From positions 96,304 through 160,303 of the forward strand of contig CAZUVX010000001.1 of assembly GCA_964623865.1 (NCBI GenBank): 64,000 nucleotides of DNA. The letters are read 5' to 3'. Below, in pieces: positions 1 to 8,082 of this stretch. The stretch is from an uncultured Spirochaetaceae bacterium (GTDB lineage: Bacteria; Spirochaetota; Spirochaetia; DSM-27196; PWMO01). The notes beneath the pieces were generated by a model. That model saw only the letters and a program-made list of their open reading frames with translations. It did not search any database and was not told the DNA's origin. The first letter of the stretch is position 1, and the number at the start of each line of letters is the position of its first letter. The translations under genes and the position numbers were made by a program.

Positions 1-721
1 CTGCAGCCGCGGTGTTTTCCGCAGCAATGTCGATTCCCTGGATGGCCATCTCCAAACGATTCTGGTAGGCGCCCAGGTCGGCACGCTGCTTGTTCACCTG
101 GCGAAGGGCCGAGTCAATGATACCAATCGACTGGTTGGAGTCGCCGGGATTGGACAGACTGAGAATCTCGTTGTTCCCAGTGCGCATACTGAGCGCGTCG
201 GCGGTCATGGTCCCAATGTACACCCGTTCGCGCTGATCCATGTTCGCACCAATGTGGAAGTACATCGACGCGGTGACGGTGTTTTCACCGGTGTCCCGGG
301 CGAAGCGACCCGTGAGCAGGTTCATGCCGTTGAACTGGGCGTGGGACGCCACGCGGTCGATTTCGTCGACGAGCTGGGACACCTCAACCTGAATCTGCAT
401 GCGGTCTTCGGCGGTGTAGATGCCGTTCGAGGCTTGTACCGACAGCTCGCGGAGACGCTGCAGGATGTCCTGAGTCTCCTGGAGGTATCCTTCCGTTGTC
501 TGAATGAAGGAGACTCCGTTCTGAGCATTCCGGGAAGCCTGCTGAAGGCCTCGAATCTGGGCGCGCATCTTCTCGGAGACCGCAAGACCCGACGCGTCGT
601 CGCCGGCACGATTGATACGCATGCCCGACGAGAGCTTCTCAATGTTGTTCTGAAGTCCCCCCGTCACGTTCCCCTGAACGCGCTGGGCGAAGTTTGCGCT
701 CATGTTGTGATTGATAATCAT
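1..721 (-). CDS. flaB: Flagellar core filament protein FlaB (flagellin); the 5' part is present and the 3' end lies beyond the window start
   Basis: My own minus-strand translation from the ATG at 721-719 gives [83 protein letters not shown]...[12 protein letters not shown]...[11 protein letters not shown]. This is the canonical spirochete FlaB N-terminus and flagellin N-domain. GGGAGGA lies at 733-727, 5 nt before the ATG. The gene is absent from the ORF track because it runs off the window. Confidence 0.92.
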   Translation of the reverse strand, partial: MIINHNMSANFAQRVQGNVTGGLQNNIEKLSSGMRINRAGDDASGLAVSEKMRAQIRGLQQASRNAQNGVSFIQTTEGYLQETQDILQRLRELSVQASNGIYTAEDRMQIQVEVSQLVDEIDRVASHAQFNGMNLLTGRFARDTGENTVTASMYFHIGANMDQRERVYIGTMTADALSMRTGNNEILSLSNPGDSNQSIGIIDSALRQVNKQRADLGAYQNRLEMAIQGIDIAAENTAAA

Positions 722-954
722 TCAATTCCTCCCTGAAAAAGCGTGTGTTCTCCACCGTCGTGGAGTGTTGGTCGGCGAGCGTCCATGCCCGCCGGCGAGA
801 ACAAAGCGATCGACAATCCCTACGGTGCGGTCCACCTCCTTTCCGGCATACGAAAAGACTCATGTCGCCTTTCGGAACGCCGATAGTCGAAGTAGCGGGG
901 AAAAGACTCGCCGGTGGGCCTCCGGCGGATGAGTCTTCTGCCCCTCATTGCTGA

Positions 955-982
955 ATATCGGTGGGGATCTGGAATATCTTGA
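955..982 (-). promoter_or_regulatory. Candidate sigma-28 (FliA)-type promoter about 235 nt upstream of flaB
   Basis: The minus strand reads TCAAGATA-N12-ACCGATAT. The E. coli-type consensus is TAAAGTTT-N11-GCCGATAA, giving 5/8 and 6/8 matches with a spacer 1 nt longer. This is a by-eye match only. Confidence 0.25.
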
Positions 983-1155
983 GGCGGGTGGGGAAGAGTT
1001 GTCTCTGGTTCTGCTGCGGCGTGGGTTCGTCGGTCATGCGACGCACGCTTCGCAAATTGCCGCGCGACAAGACGGAGGCAAAGGCAGACGCGTGGCGACG
1101 AGTCGGCCGGCGGGAGGCCGGCCGGCGGGAGGAGCCGTCACGGTGTGGGGAAGAC

Positions 1156-2292
1156 CTACTCTTCCTCCGACAGTTCGGCAAGAAGCTGCGCGGCGAGGGG
1201 ATCCTCGGGATCGAGCTCCAGTACGGACCTGAAGTACGCTTCCGCCTCATCGCGGTTTCCTCGCCGCAGGGCGAGGACACCCAGGTTGGAAACTACCTTG
1301 GTATTCTCCGGCTCCAGACGCAACGCTCGCTCCAGATGAGCCGACGACTCCTCGTAGTTTCCAAGCTCCATCTCACAGATGGAGAGCTCGTTCAGAATGT
1401 CCACGTTCTCCGAGGCCAGGTCGAGAGTCTTCCGGAATGCCTCCCGCGCCTCGTCGTACCGTTCCAGACGCCGAAGGCCCCAGCCCAGAAGGAACCACCC
1501 GTTCCACACGTCGGGGTTGGTATGGAGGAATTCTCGCGCCTTCTCAATGCCGGCTTCCTCTTTACCCATGCGAATGAAGTCGAACGCTTCCTTGAAGGCG
1601 TTGTCCACCAGGTTCTGTGCGTCTATCTGGCGAACGATGTCACGAGCCTCGTTGAGCTTATCCTCTTCATCTCCGGTCGCTCGGTAGTTCTCGAAGTGTT
1701 CTCGCGCTCGGTCGAAACTCCGCTGCTTCAGGAAGAAGTGCCCGGCGTTGAAGTACGCATCGGGTACGACGGCATCCGAAGCAAGGAGCTTCTTGTAGAC
1801 CGCGAAGGCCTGATCGGTGTAGCGTTGCCGGTCCTGATCCCGGCCGTGCTTCTCGGCGGCCTCCGCCATCTGCTCGTACAGGAGTGCCAGGTTCACGTCG
1901 GGCTTGGGGTTTTCCGGCAACAGGCCGGAGAGTGCCAAGAAGATTTCCTCCGCAACGGCGAAGTCCTCGCTGCGCGCCTTGAAGACCCCGGTCTGGGTAA
2001 GCTCCTCAACAATGTCCGGCTTCACCGCCAGTACGAACTCACGGTAGTAATCTATGTGCTCGTGGCTTGGGTCGTACGCCATGATTCTCAGCATGGCGGC
2101 GATGATCTGTTCCCACTGCAACTCCTCGAGGGAGGTCTCTTCCATCCCCTCCGGCTTCTCGAGAGGGAGAGGAACGGAGGGATCGATCTCGAAGTCGCCG
2201 ATCCGGCGTTCCATGTCGGGAGGAAGCTGCAAATAGATGATGTTGCGAAGCGGATCGTTCCCGCCTTCGAGGGAATGTGTTGAATTGGACAT
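1156..2292 (-). CDS. Tetratricopeptide-repeat (TPR) protein
   Basis: 378-aa ORF. The C-terminal half has clear TPR units (WNGWFLLGWGLRRLERYDEAREAFRKTLDL, ILNELSICEMELGNYEESSAHLERALRLEPEN, VVSNLGVLALRRGNRDEAEAYFRSVLELDPED). Third codon positions are GC-rich, unlike the antisense ORF 961..2283. Confidence 0.8.
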   Translation of the reverse strand: MSNSTHSLEGGNDPLRNIIYLQLPPDMERRIGDFEIDPSVPLPLEKPEGMEETSLEELQWEQIIAAMLRIMAYDPSHEHIDYYREFVLAVKPDIVEELTQTGVFKARSEDFAVAEEIFLALSGLLPENPKPDVNLALLYEQMAEAAEKHGRDQDRQRYTDQAFAVYKKLLASDAVVPDAYFNAGHFFLKQRSFDRAREHFENYRATGDEEDKLNEARDIVRQIDAQNLVDNAFKEAFDFIRMGKEEAGIEKAREFLHTNPDVWNGWFLLGWGLRRLERYDEAREAFRKTLDLASENVDILNELSICEMELGNYEESSAHLERALRLEPENTKVVSNLGVLALRRGNRDEAEAYFRSVLELDPEDPLAAQLLAELSEEE

Positions 2293-2321
2293 GTGGGGGC
2301 TCCTGGTTCGAGACTCCGCGG

Positions 2322-3152
2322 TCAGGATTCGGCCGATTGCTCCGGGTTTTTGATCTTCGAACCGCGCAGGTACGCAGATAGAAGCATTTTGTACGTCACC
2401 GGGAGAGTTTCCTCATGGAACTTCACCGCGATAGCCGCAATGTCGTTACGTCCCTCAACGGCTTCGAAGCGAATCACCGTACCTTCAATATCAATATAGC
2501 TCTCGTCTTCCGTCACCTGTACCCGAAGGGTCGCACTCTTGTTTACCAGGAACTTCGCTACGCCCAGTATGATCAGCTTTGCGCCGCCGAAGGAGAGATC
2601 TCGAATGATACAACGACGCGGCACGCCCTCAATGTAGACGAAGATGTTCTTTGCGTTGATCCCGATCTTCCGCGCGCTGTCGGCGGTCACCGGTATTCGC
2701 TGCTCCTTCCGTCTCTTCGAGGCGGCGTGAGCGTCCAGAAGCTTGCCGAGAACCTCTATCAGATCGTCCGGGGGGCGCTGGGTATACGCAAGCGTGAGGA
2801 AGTGCAAGTCCGGCTTCTGGCTACCGTACGGCGTTGCTCCGGTTATCTTCGCCGACACGAAAAATGAGAGCGGATCCGCCTTGTCCTTCTGGAGAAAGCT
2901 GAACCGAAGCGAAACCACATTGTTCGCCTTGCGGATCGTCTCGCGAAGCGAGGTGCCCATGTTGACGATGATCTTGGCCCCAACCATTGAGCTGGAGTAG
3001 ACAATGCAGGGCCACTGGTATCCGAGAGACTTCAGAAACACCTGCTTGGGATACAACAGCGTCGCCCTGATCACCTCTTTGGTGAAGGTCACGTCTATGT
3101 TGCGAAACTGTTCGTAGTACCGCGTGATTTGCTGGCTGGTTGTGACGGCCAT
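2322..3152 (-). CDS. c-di-GMP-binding PilZ-domain protein with a two-domain, PlzA-like architecture
   Basis: 276 aa. The C-terminal domain carries both PilZ signatures: RxxxR (RRKEQR) followed by D-x-S-x-x-G (RDLSFGGAKL). The size and N-terminal extra domain resemble spirochete PlzA. Confidence 0.8.
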   Translation of the reverse strand: MAVTTSQQITRYYEQFRNIDVTFTKEVIRATLLYPKQVFLKSLGYQWPCIVYSSSMVGAKIIVNMGTSLRETIRKANNVVSLRFSFLQKDKADPLSFFVSAKITGATPYGSQKPDLHFLTLAYTQRPPDDLIEVLGKLLDAHAASKRRKEQRIPVTADSARKIGINAKNIFVYIEGVPRRCIIRDLSFGGAKLIILGVAKFLVNKSATLRVQVTEDESYIDIEGTVIRFEAVEGRNDIAAIAVKFHEETLPVTYKMLLSAYLRGSKIKNPEQSAES

Positions 3153-3228
3153 TGTGTAGGGTGATACTATTCGATCGTCTGGTGCGGGTCAACATTCGCC
3201 GACCGGCGCAGCCCCAGCCTCGTCGCGG

Positions 3229-3624
3229 TCAGGAGTCCGCGGGACGATTGTCCTCGGTACGGGTAGCTGCGGGACGGGAGTCGGCGAGGGAGCGGTCGAG
3301 GGCCTCAATGAGCTTCTGGGTGATCTCGGCCACCTGCGCACTCTCGGCTGCGGTGTGTCGGCCGTCATCACCGTGACTTCCGTCATCATGTGCGGCCGCG
3401 CCGGGATCGGAGGCGGAAGCGGCCGCGGTGCCTTCGCGAAGGCGAAAGAGCTCGTCCGCGGTGAGCACGCCCGCGACGATCGCAATCTTCAGCGGATCGC
3501 CTGAGGTGATGCGCGCCTGGACATCCTGCACCTTGGTTCGGAAGAAGTCGATGAGATCCTGGACGTACTGCGGATCCTCATCGGTCTGAATGGTGAAGCT
3601 TGTACCGAGAAGCTCGATCGTCAT
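3229..3624 (-). CDS. zapA: Cell division protein ZapA
   Basis: The N-terminus MTIELLGTSFTIQTDEDPQYVQDLIDFFRTKVQDVQ...DPLKIAIVAGVLTADELFRL follows the ZapA pattern. There is a low-complexity C-terminal extension. Confidence 0.75.
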   Translation of the reverse strand: MTIELLGTSFTIQTDEDPQYVQDLIDFFRTKVQDVQARITSGDPLKIAIVAGVLTADELFRLREGTAAASASDPGAAAHDDGSHGDDGRHTAAESAQVAEITQKLIEALDRSLADSRPAATRTEDNRPADS

Positions 3625-3660
3625 GGCAAGCGCTCCGGCGCTCTCCGGAGCCCGGCACCG

Positions 3661-4173
3661 CTAGAAGATGTCGAGCTCACCCGGTTCTCGGCGGGATTGT
3701 TCCGGATCGTCGTCTCTTTCATCGGAATCGCCGCCGCTCCCATCATCGAGCTCCCGGCGCGGATCCTCCGGCTCTGAGCTCTCCGACGCGTCGCTCTCGG
3801 CGGATGTCTCGCCCGCGATTTCGGCGGCACCGGGCTCCCTTGCAGGGCTCTCCTCCGTGTCCTCCGTCTCCTCGGTCGCCGACGCCTCGACGGGAACGCC
3901 CGTCATCTCGTCAGGTGAGGAAGAAGTCGTGGAGGTCTCGAGAACCTCGTCCTCGAGCTGGTCGAGCTGGTTCAGAGCGGAAACGATACCCTGCTCGATC
4001 TCCGATTGATCACGCCTGAATGCGGCAATGCTGTTCTCCAGCTCGAGAATCCGTCCCTCGTAACTCTCCAGCTTCTCCCGGAGCAGAGCGTTCTCGTTCT
4101 TGAGCGTGGCAATGCGAGAGACCGCAGCCTGAACGCGCTGTTCCAATCGGCGGATCTGCTCGAGGGTAATCAT
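3661..4173 (-). CDS. ZapB-like coiled-coil protein with an acidic C-terminal tail
   Basis: MITLEQIRRLEQRVQAAVSRIATLKNENALLREKLESYEGRILELENSIAAFRRDQ has heptad coiled-coil character. It starts 2 nt after the rplT stop and lies upstream of zapA. The tail is rich in E/D/S. Confidence 0.6.
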   Translation of the reverse strand: MITLEQIRRLEQRVQAAVSRIATLKNENALLREKLESYEGRILELENSIAAFRRDQSEIEQGIVSALNQLDQLEDEVLETSTTSSSPDEMTGVPVEASATEETEDTEESPAREPGAAEIAGETSAESDASESSEPEDPRRELDDGSGGDSDERDDDPEQSRREPGELDIF

Positions 4174-4175
4174 GA

Positions 4176-4535
4176 CTATTCGTTCAGCGCCGTCGTGGCG
4201 GTGTTGACGAGCTCCCGAAAGGCGTCGGGATCCTCAATTGCCATGTTGGAGATCGCCTTCCGATTCAGAGAAACATCGGCCTTCTTCAACCCATGAATGA
4301 AACGGCTGTAGGTGATGCCTTCGTTTCGGCACGCCGCGGAGATGCGGGCAACCCAGAGATTGCGAAAGTCGCGTTTCTTCCGGCGACGGTCGCCGTACGC
4401 GGTGAAAAGGCCCTTGGCGACGGCGTCCTTCGCCTGGCGATGCAGGGTGCCGCGGCGGCCCCAGTAGCCCTTGGCCTGCTTGAGAATGGCCTTTCTTCTG
4501 TCTTTCCGTCGTGTTCCGTCTACTGCGCGAGGCAT
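4176..4535 (-). CDS. rplT: 50S ribosomal protein L20
   Basis: MPRAVDGTRRKDRRKAILKQAKGYWGRRGTLHRQAKDAV...FRNLWVARISAACRNEGITYSRFIHGLKKA is the classic L20 sequence. An RBS (AGAGGGAG) lies upstream. Confidence 0.96.
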   Translation of the reverse strand: MPRAVDGTRRKDRRKAILKQAKGYWGRRGTLHRQAKDAVAKGLFTAYGDRRRKKRDFRNLWVARISAACRNEGITYSRFIHGLKKADVSLNRKAISNMAIEDPDAFRELVNTATTALNE

Positions 4536-4555
4536 GGTGTGCTCCCTCTACTCTT

Positions 4556-4581
4556 CATTGTTGCAATGCATTGTTGCAATG
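4556..4581. repeat. Perfect tandem duplication of a 13-bp hairpin-forming unit in the rpmI-rplT spacer
   Basis: cattgttgcaatg occurs at 4556-4568 and again at 4569-4581. Each unit is an inverted repeat (cattg/caatg with a 3-nt loop). It lies 20 nt upstream of the rplT start on the transcribed (minus) strand. Confidence 0.9.
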
Positions 4582-4609
4582 ACCCGGCTGTGTGTCGGTG
4601 CGGTGCGGC

Positions 4610-4807
4610 TCAGCCGTAGGGCAGAAGCTTCTTGGCTCGTGCTTCCTCGGGCTTGGACAGCGTATCCAGGTGCCGCAGTCGTCGCTTGCGTTTCCGACTC
4701 TTCTTGGTGAGGATATGCCTGAGTCCCTGCTTCTTGTACTTGACCTTGCCGCTCGGTGTTACGCGATAGCGTTTTGCGGCACTGCGTCGTGTCTTCATCT
4801 TGGGCAT
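4610..4807 (-). CDS. rpmI: 50S ribosomal protein L35
   Basis: [45 protein letters not shown] is the classic L35 sequence. Confidence 0.96.
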   Translation of the reverse strand: MPKMKTRRSAAKRYRVTPSGKVKYKKQGLRHILTKKSRKRKRRLRHLDTLSKPEEARAKKLLPYG

Positions 4808-4865
4808 ATGAGTAGCTCCTGATGCAATGCGGTCTGTTAGTGGCCAGGATCCTGGGGGACGATGC

Positions 4866-5489
4866 TTACGCTTCCCCCGCCTGATCCGCCGCTTCTTCCT
4901 TCTTCGTATGCTGTTTCGATTCCTGCGCGTCCTCCTGAGAGGTATCGTCCGCAGTTTCCTTTTGCTTCTTCGGCTTCTTTGCCGACGGGCCTACTATCAT
5001 GGACATGAAGCGTCCTTCCATGGACGGCCTGCGCTCGAGGTTGTAGCCCTCACCGAGCTCCTCGAGGATCCGTTCCAGAACGTCCCGACCGAGCTCGGTG
5101 TGTGCCATCTCGCGCCCGCGAAATCGCACCGTTACCTTCACCTTGTTCCCCTCTTCGAGGAACTCGCGAATGTGCTTCGTCTTGAACTGTAGATCGTGCG
5201 TCTCGATCTTGGGCTGCATCCGAATCTCTTTGAGGCGCAGCTGCTTCTGCTTCTTCTTGGACTCCCGGTTCTTCTTCTCCAGCTCGAACTTGTACTTGCC
5301 GTAGTCGAGGAGCTTGCACACCGGCGGATTCGCCTGCGGCGCAACCTCCACGAGATCCAAGCCTCGCTCCTTTGCCATGTTCATTGCTTCCGGAGTAGGG
5401 ACGATGCCGAGCTGATTGCCCTGATCGTCGATGAGCCGCACCTCTCGGACGCGAATACGCTCATTTACGCGTAGGTCTTGCGATGCCAA
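4866..5489 (-). CDS. infC: Translation initiation factor IF-3
   Basis: [64 protein letters not shown]...[14 protein letters not shown] matches IF-3. The start codon is TTG at 5489-5487, preceded by GAGGAGGAAGA. The C-terminal tail is lysine/glutamate-rich. Confidence 0.95.
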   Translation of the reverse strand: MASQDLRVNERIRVREVRLIDDQGNQLGIVPTPEAMNMAKERGLDLVEVAPQANPPVCKLLDYGKYKFELEKKNRESKKKQKQLRLKEIRMQPKIETHDLQFKTKHIREFLEEGNKVKVTVRFRGREMAHTELGRDVLERILEELGEGYNLERRPSMEGRFMSMIVGPSAKKPKKQKETADDTSQEDAQESKQHTKKEEAADQAGEA

Positions 5490-5542
5490 TCTTCCTCCTC
5501 GTTACGTGAATCAAACCCGGGCTACGCGGATAATGGTGACCC

Positions 5543-5571
5543 AATGTAGCATCGGCTCAGGAAAGAGTCAA
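5543..5571 (-). promoter_or_regulatory. Candidate sigma-70 promoter of the infC operon
   Basis: The minus strand reads TTGACT (5571-5566), N17, TACATT (5548-5543), about 55 nt upstream of the infC TTG start. Confidence 0.45.
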
Positions 5572-5624
5572 ATAGGGTGTTGCCATAGCAGGGTTTACTT
5601 CAGTTCCTCCAAGATGCATTAATA

Positions 5625-6104
5625 GTGGTGACCATGTCTACCGGCGACGGCCCAACGACTCTTGCGACGGTCAACCGGCTCATCTCCGCCGCACGCAGGG
5701 GTGAAGAGCAGAATCTCAACACCTACGGCATATACAGCGACATCACCACGCACGGAGGCCTTCGCAACCTGCTTTCCAGTATGAGTGCCAACATCAGTGA
5801 CCACCTTGCCAAGCTCGAACATCTCGAGCGCACGGTCTCCGAGGCGAATTTCGACCGCAACAAGGTGGCCTCCCTCTCGATACCCGATCACGAGGTCGAG
5901 TACGCCTTCGATGCGTCCATGGAGTACAAGGATTTCCTGAGGGAGATCCACCGCAGAGAAGAGGCCGTCGTCACCTTGTACGACACTCTTGCATCCATTT
6001 CCTCGGACGACGAGGTTCGCTTCTACTTCGAGCGCATGGCTGAAGACGGGCGCAAGCACATGTGGCTTGCAAAGGACCGCTCCGACCTCGAAGCACTCCT
6101 GTGA
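5625..6104 (+). CDS. Hypothetical helical protein, possibly a ferritin-like four-helix bundle
   Basis: The plus-frame codons are GC3-rich and the peptide looks helical and real (LRNLLSSMSANISDHLAKLEHLERTV...EVRFYFERMAEDGRKHMWLAKDRSDLEALL). The start is uncertain: GTG 5625, GTG 5628 or ATG 5634. The antisense ORF 5619..6110 is judged a shadow. Function is not established. Confidence 0.5.
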   Translation: MVTMSTGDGPTTLATVNRLISAARRGEEQNLNTYGIYSDITTHGGLRNLLSSMSANISDHLAKLEHLERTVSEANFDRNKVASLSIPDHEVEYAFDASMEYKDFLREIHRREEAVVTLYDTLASISSDDEVRFYFERMAEDGRKHMWLAKDRSDLEALL

Positions 6105-6122
6105 GCCCATAGCCGCCGAAGG

Positions 6123-6728
6123 CTAGGCGTCCTTCGTCAGAACGAACAGAACCTCGGTGGACCACAGGTTACGGAGGACGGGACGGACCCTTCGTCCGGC
6201 CTTCATGGCGACTTCGGTGAGGATGCGGAACCCGAACTCTCTGCATAGGATCAGGAAGTCGCGGCGCGTACAAAAGTGAATGTTTGGCGTGTTGTACCAA
6301 TCGTACGGAAGGTTGCGGTTTACCGGCATACGTCCCTGGAACCCGAGTTGCACGCGGTTGGTTACGTGGCCGAAGTTCGGAAAGTTGACGATGGCGCGCT
6401 TTCCCACGCGCAGCATCTCCTGCAGGAGCATGACCGGTTGGTGAATCATCTGAAGTGTGCGATTCAGAACAACTACATCGTAGCTTCCGGTCGCGTAGTC
6501 CTTGAGTCCCTCGTCCAGGTCTCCGTGGAAGACCGAGATGCCCTTTGAGATGCACGCGCTGATCATTGTTTCGTCGATTTCCACCCCGCGCCCCAGGACG
6601 CCCTTCTCGTTGATCAGTCGCATGAGGAGCTCGCCGTCGCCGCATCCCAGGTCCAGTACCGTAGAGCCGGGCTCCACAATCCGTACGATCTCATTGTAGC
6701 TGTATCGAGAGCCGTCAAGAAATGGCAT
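6123..6728 (-). CDS. metW: Methionine biosynthesis protein MetW
   Basis: [55 protein letters not shown]...[36 protein letters not shown] matches the MetW family. It overlaps the metX stop by 14 nt. Confidence 0.9.
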   Translation of the reverse strand: MPFLDGSRYSYNEIVRIVEPGSTVLDLGCGDGELLMRLINEKGVLGRGVEIDETMISACISKGISVFHGDLDEGLKDYATGSYDVVVLNRTLQMIHQPVMLLQEMLRVGKRAIVNFPNFGHVTNRVQLGFQGRMPVNRNLPYDWYNTPNIHFCTRRDFLILCREFGFRILTEVAMKAGRRVRPVLRNLWSTEVLFVLTKDA

Positions 6729-7845
6729 AGGTGTGCTCCAGGAAGGCGGCTATGAGCGGCGTTTGCCGTTCCGACTCCAGCAGGAACGAGTCGTGCCCGT
6801 AGGGGCTGGAAATCTCCGTGTAGGAGACGTCTTTTCCACACTTGGTCAGGGAGAAGACGATCTCCTTCGCCTGATACGACGGGTAGAGCCAGTCCGAGCT
6901 GAAGGACATCACCAGAAAGCGCGCTCGAACCTTCGAGAAGGCGTCTTCCAGACTTCCGTATCGCGCCGCCAGGTCGTAGTAATCGATTGCCTTGGTGAGA
7001 TATATGTACGAATTGGCGTCGAAGCGGTCGACGAATTTGTCTCCCTGGTGCTCCAGGTAGCTCTCGACGGCGAATTGATCGGAGAAGTCAAAGCCGAAGC
7101 GCTCCCGTTCCTGGAGCTTGCGGCCGAACTTCATTCCCATGGACTGATCGGAGAGGTAGGTGATGTGGCCCACCATCCGGGCGATCGAGAGGCCGCGGGC
7201 CGGCTGTTCGCCGCCGTAGTACTCGCCGTTGTTCCACTTGGGATCGGACATGATGGCGTTGCGTCCGACCGCATTGAAGGCGATCGCCTGGGCCGACAGG
7301 CGCGCCGTCGCCGCCAGGACAATCGCGCCCTTGACCCGGCCGGGGTAGGATGCGGTCCATTCGATTGCCTGCATGCCCCCCATTGAGCCGCCGGCAACGG
7401 CGAGGAGGCGGTTGATTCCCAGATGGTCGAGGAGGCGGGCCTGGACGCGGACCATGTCTTCAATCGTCACCACCGGAAATGAGAGGGCGTAGGGCTTGCC
7501 GGTTTCAGGATCGATGGAGCCGGGACCGGTCGTGCCCCCGCATCCACCAAGGACGTTGGAACAGATGACGAAGTACTTCTCCGTGTCGAAGGCCTTACCG
7601 GGCCCGATCATATGGTCCCACCAGCCGGGCGGCCCCCCGGATTCGCGGTAGTGGCCCGCTGCATGGGCATCTCCGGAGAAGGCGTGTGCAACGAGGATCG
7701 CGTTGGACTTCGCTTCGTTGAGCGAGCCGTAGGTCTCGTAGGCCACCGTGATCGGGCCGAAGTCCTGCCCGCAATCGAGGCGGAAGGGCTCTTCGAAGGT
7801 GACCTGTCGCGGCTCGACGATTCCGACGCTGTCCCGACTGCTCAT
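6715..7845 (-). CDS. metX: Homoserine O-acetyltransferase MetX
   Basis: [65 protein letters not shown]...[15 protein letters not shown] includes the alpha/beta-hydrolase nucleophile elbow GGSMGG. I trimmed the ORF-track start (8025) to the ATG at 7845, which is preceded by GGAGCGGAA. The 60-codon extension is R/P-rich and runs through intergenic repeats. Confidence 0.9.
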   Translation of the reverse strand: MSSRDSVGIVEPRQVTFEEPFRLDCGQDFGPITVAYETYGSLNEAKSNAILVAHAFSGDAHAAGHYRESGGPPGWWDHMIGPGKAFDTEKYFVICSNVLGGCGGTTGPGSIDPETGKPYALSFPVVTIEDMVRVQARLLDHLGINRLLAVAGGSMGGMQAIEWTASYPGRVKGAIVLAATARLSAQAIAFNAVGRNAIMSDPKWNNGEYYGGEQPARGLSIARMVGHITYLSDQSMGMKFGRKLQERERFGFDFSDQFAVESYLEHQGDKFVDRFDANSYIYLTKAIDYYDLAARYGSLEDAFSKVRARFLVMSFSSDWLYPSYQAKEIVFSLTKCGKDVSYTEISSPYGHDSFLLESERQTPLIAAFLEHTYAIS

Positions 7846-7898
7846 TTCCGCTCCGCGCTCCGTCCGGCCTTGTCGAGCCGAATGATGGTACCGGGTAG

Positions 7899-7938
7899 GG
7901 GGTTTCTCCCCGGGCCGAGGGGTTCCTCCCCGGGCCGA
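7899..7938. repeat. 20-bp tandem repeat x2 in the metX 5' leader
   Basis: ggggtttctccccgggccga (7899-7918) and ggggttcctccccgggccga (7919-7938) differ at one position. On the mRNA strand each unit contains a GGGG-N5-CCCC hairpin. Confidence 0.9.
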
Positions 7939-7950
7939 ATACCCCCGCGG

Positions 7951-7998
7951 GGTGACCCCGAATCGAGGTGACCCGGAATCGAGGTGACCCCGAATCCT
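7951..7998. repeat. 16-bp tandem repeat x3 at and just downstream of the metX promoter
   Basis: The units are ggtgaccccgaatcga (7951-7966), ggtgacccggaatcga (7967-7982) and ggtgaccccgaatcct (7983-7998). Each carries a GGTNACC palindrome. The third unit overlaps the -10 box. Confidence 0.9.
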
Positions 7999-8022
7999 AG
8001 GAAGGAGTGGCGACGCTGTCAA
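7994..8022 (-). promoter_or_regulatory. Candidate sigma-70 promoter of metXW
   Basis: The minus strand reads TTGACA (8022-8017), N17, TAGGAT (7999-7994). This predicts a 5' UTR of about 140 nt containing both tandem-repeat blocks. Confidence 0.5.
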
Positions 8023-8082
8023 CATCGTCCGGGAGTCGTGACTTGTCGAAGCTCAAAGAATCGTGCTAAAGGTGGCCCCGAG

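Noticed and set aside
889-896. GCCGATAG on the plus strand resembling a sigma-28 -10 box
   Set aside because: No TAAA-like -35 sits at the right distance, and no plus-strand gene lies downstream. Both flanking genes are on the minus strand.
908-940. Hairpin CGCCGG-N7-CCGGCG followed by AGTCTTTTCC (minus strand) as a terminator of the TPR gene
   Set aside because: It lies about 230 nt beyond the TPR stop. The T-rich tract can itself pair with the upstream GAAGACTC. It is more likely part of the flaB leader structure, though this is unresolved.
961-2283. 440-aa plus-strand ORF covering the TPR gene region
   Set aside because: It is antisense to a gene with clear TPR repeats. Its peptide is R/G/L/V-rich with no motifs, which is typical of a shadow ORF in GC-rich DNA.
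5619-6110. 163-aa minus-strand ORF mirroring 5625..6104 (+)
   Set aside because: The plus frame has GC-rich third codon positions and a helical, amphipathic peptide. The minus frame is V/G/H-rich with no features. This call is less certain than the others.
5543-7990. GGTCACC heptamer just downstream of the -10 box in both the infC and metX leaders as a shared operator
   Set aside because: A 7-mer of this composition is expected several times by chance in 64 kb of GC-rich DNA. Two occurrences are not significant.
7846-8000. Known SAM riboswitch (SAM-I, SAM-II or SAM-IV) upstream of metX
   Set aside because: I could not find the conserved core sequences or junction architecture by eye, and the region is made of tandem repeats instead. 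A covariance-model scan is needed to be sure.
7846-8025. N-terminal 60-codon extension of metX (and similar extensions on arcC, folD, xseA, the hydrolase, AKR, rarD, the amidase and others)
   Set aside because: The extensions are R/P/G-rich, lack an RBS, cross promoters or repeats, and sometimes overlap divergent genes. Internal ATGs with an SD and family-typical N-termini were chosen instead.
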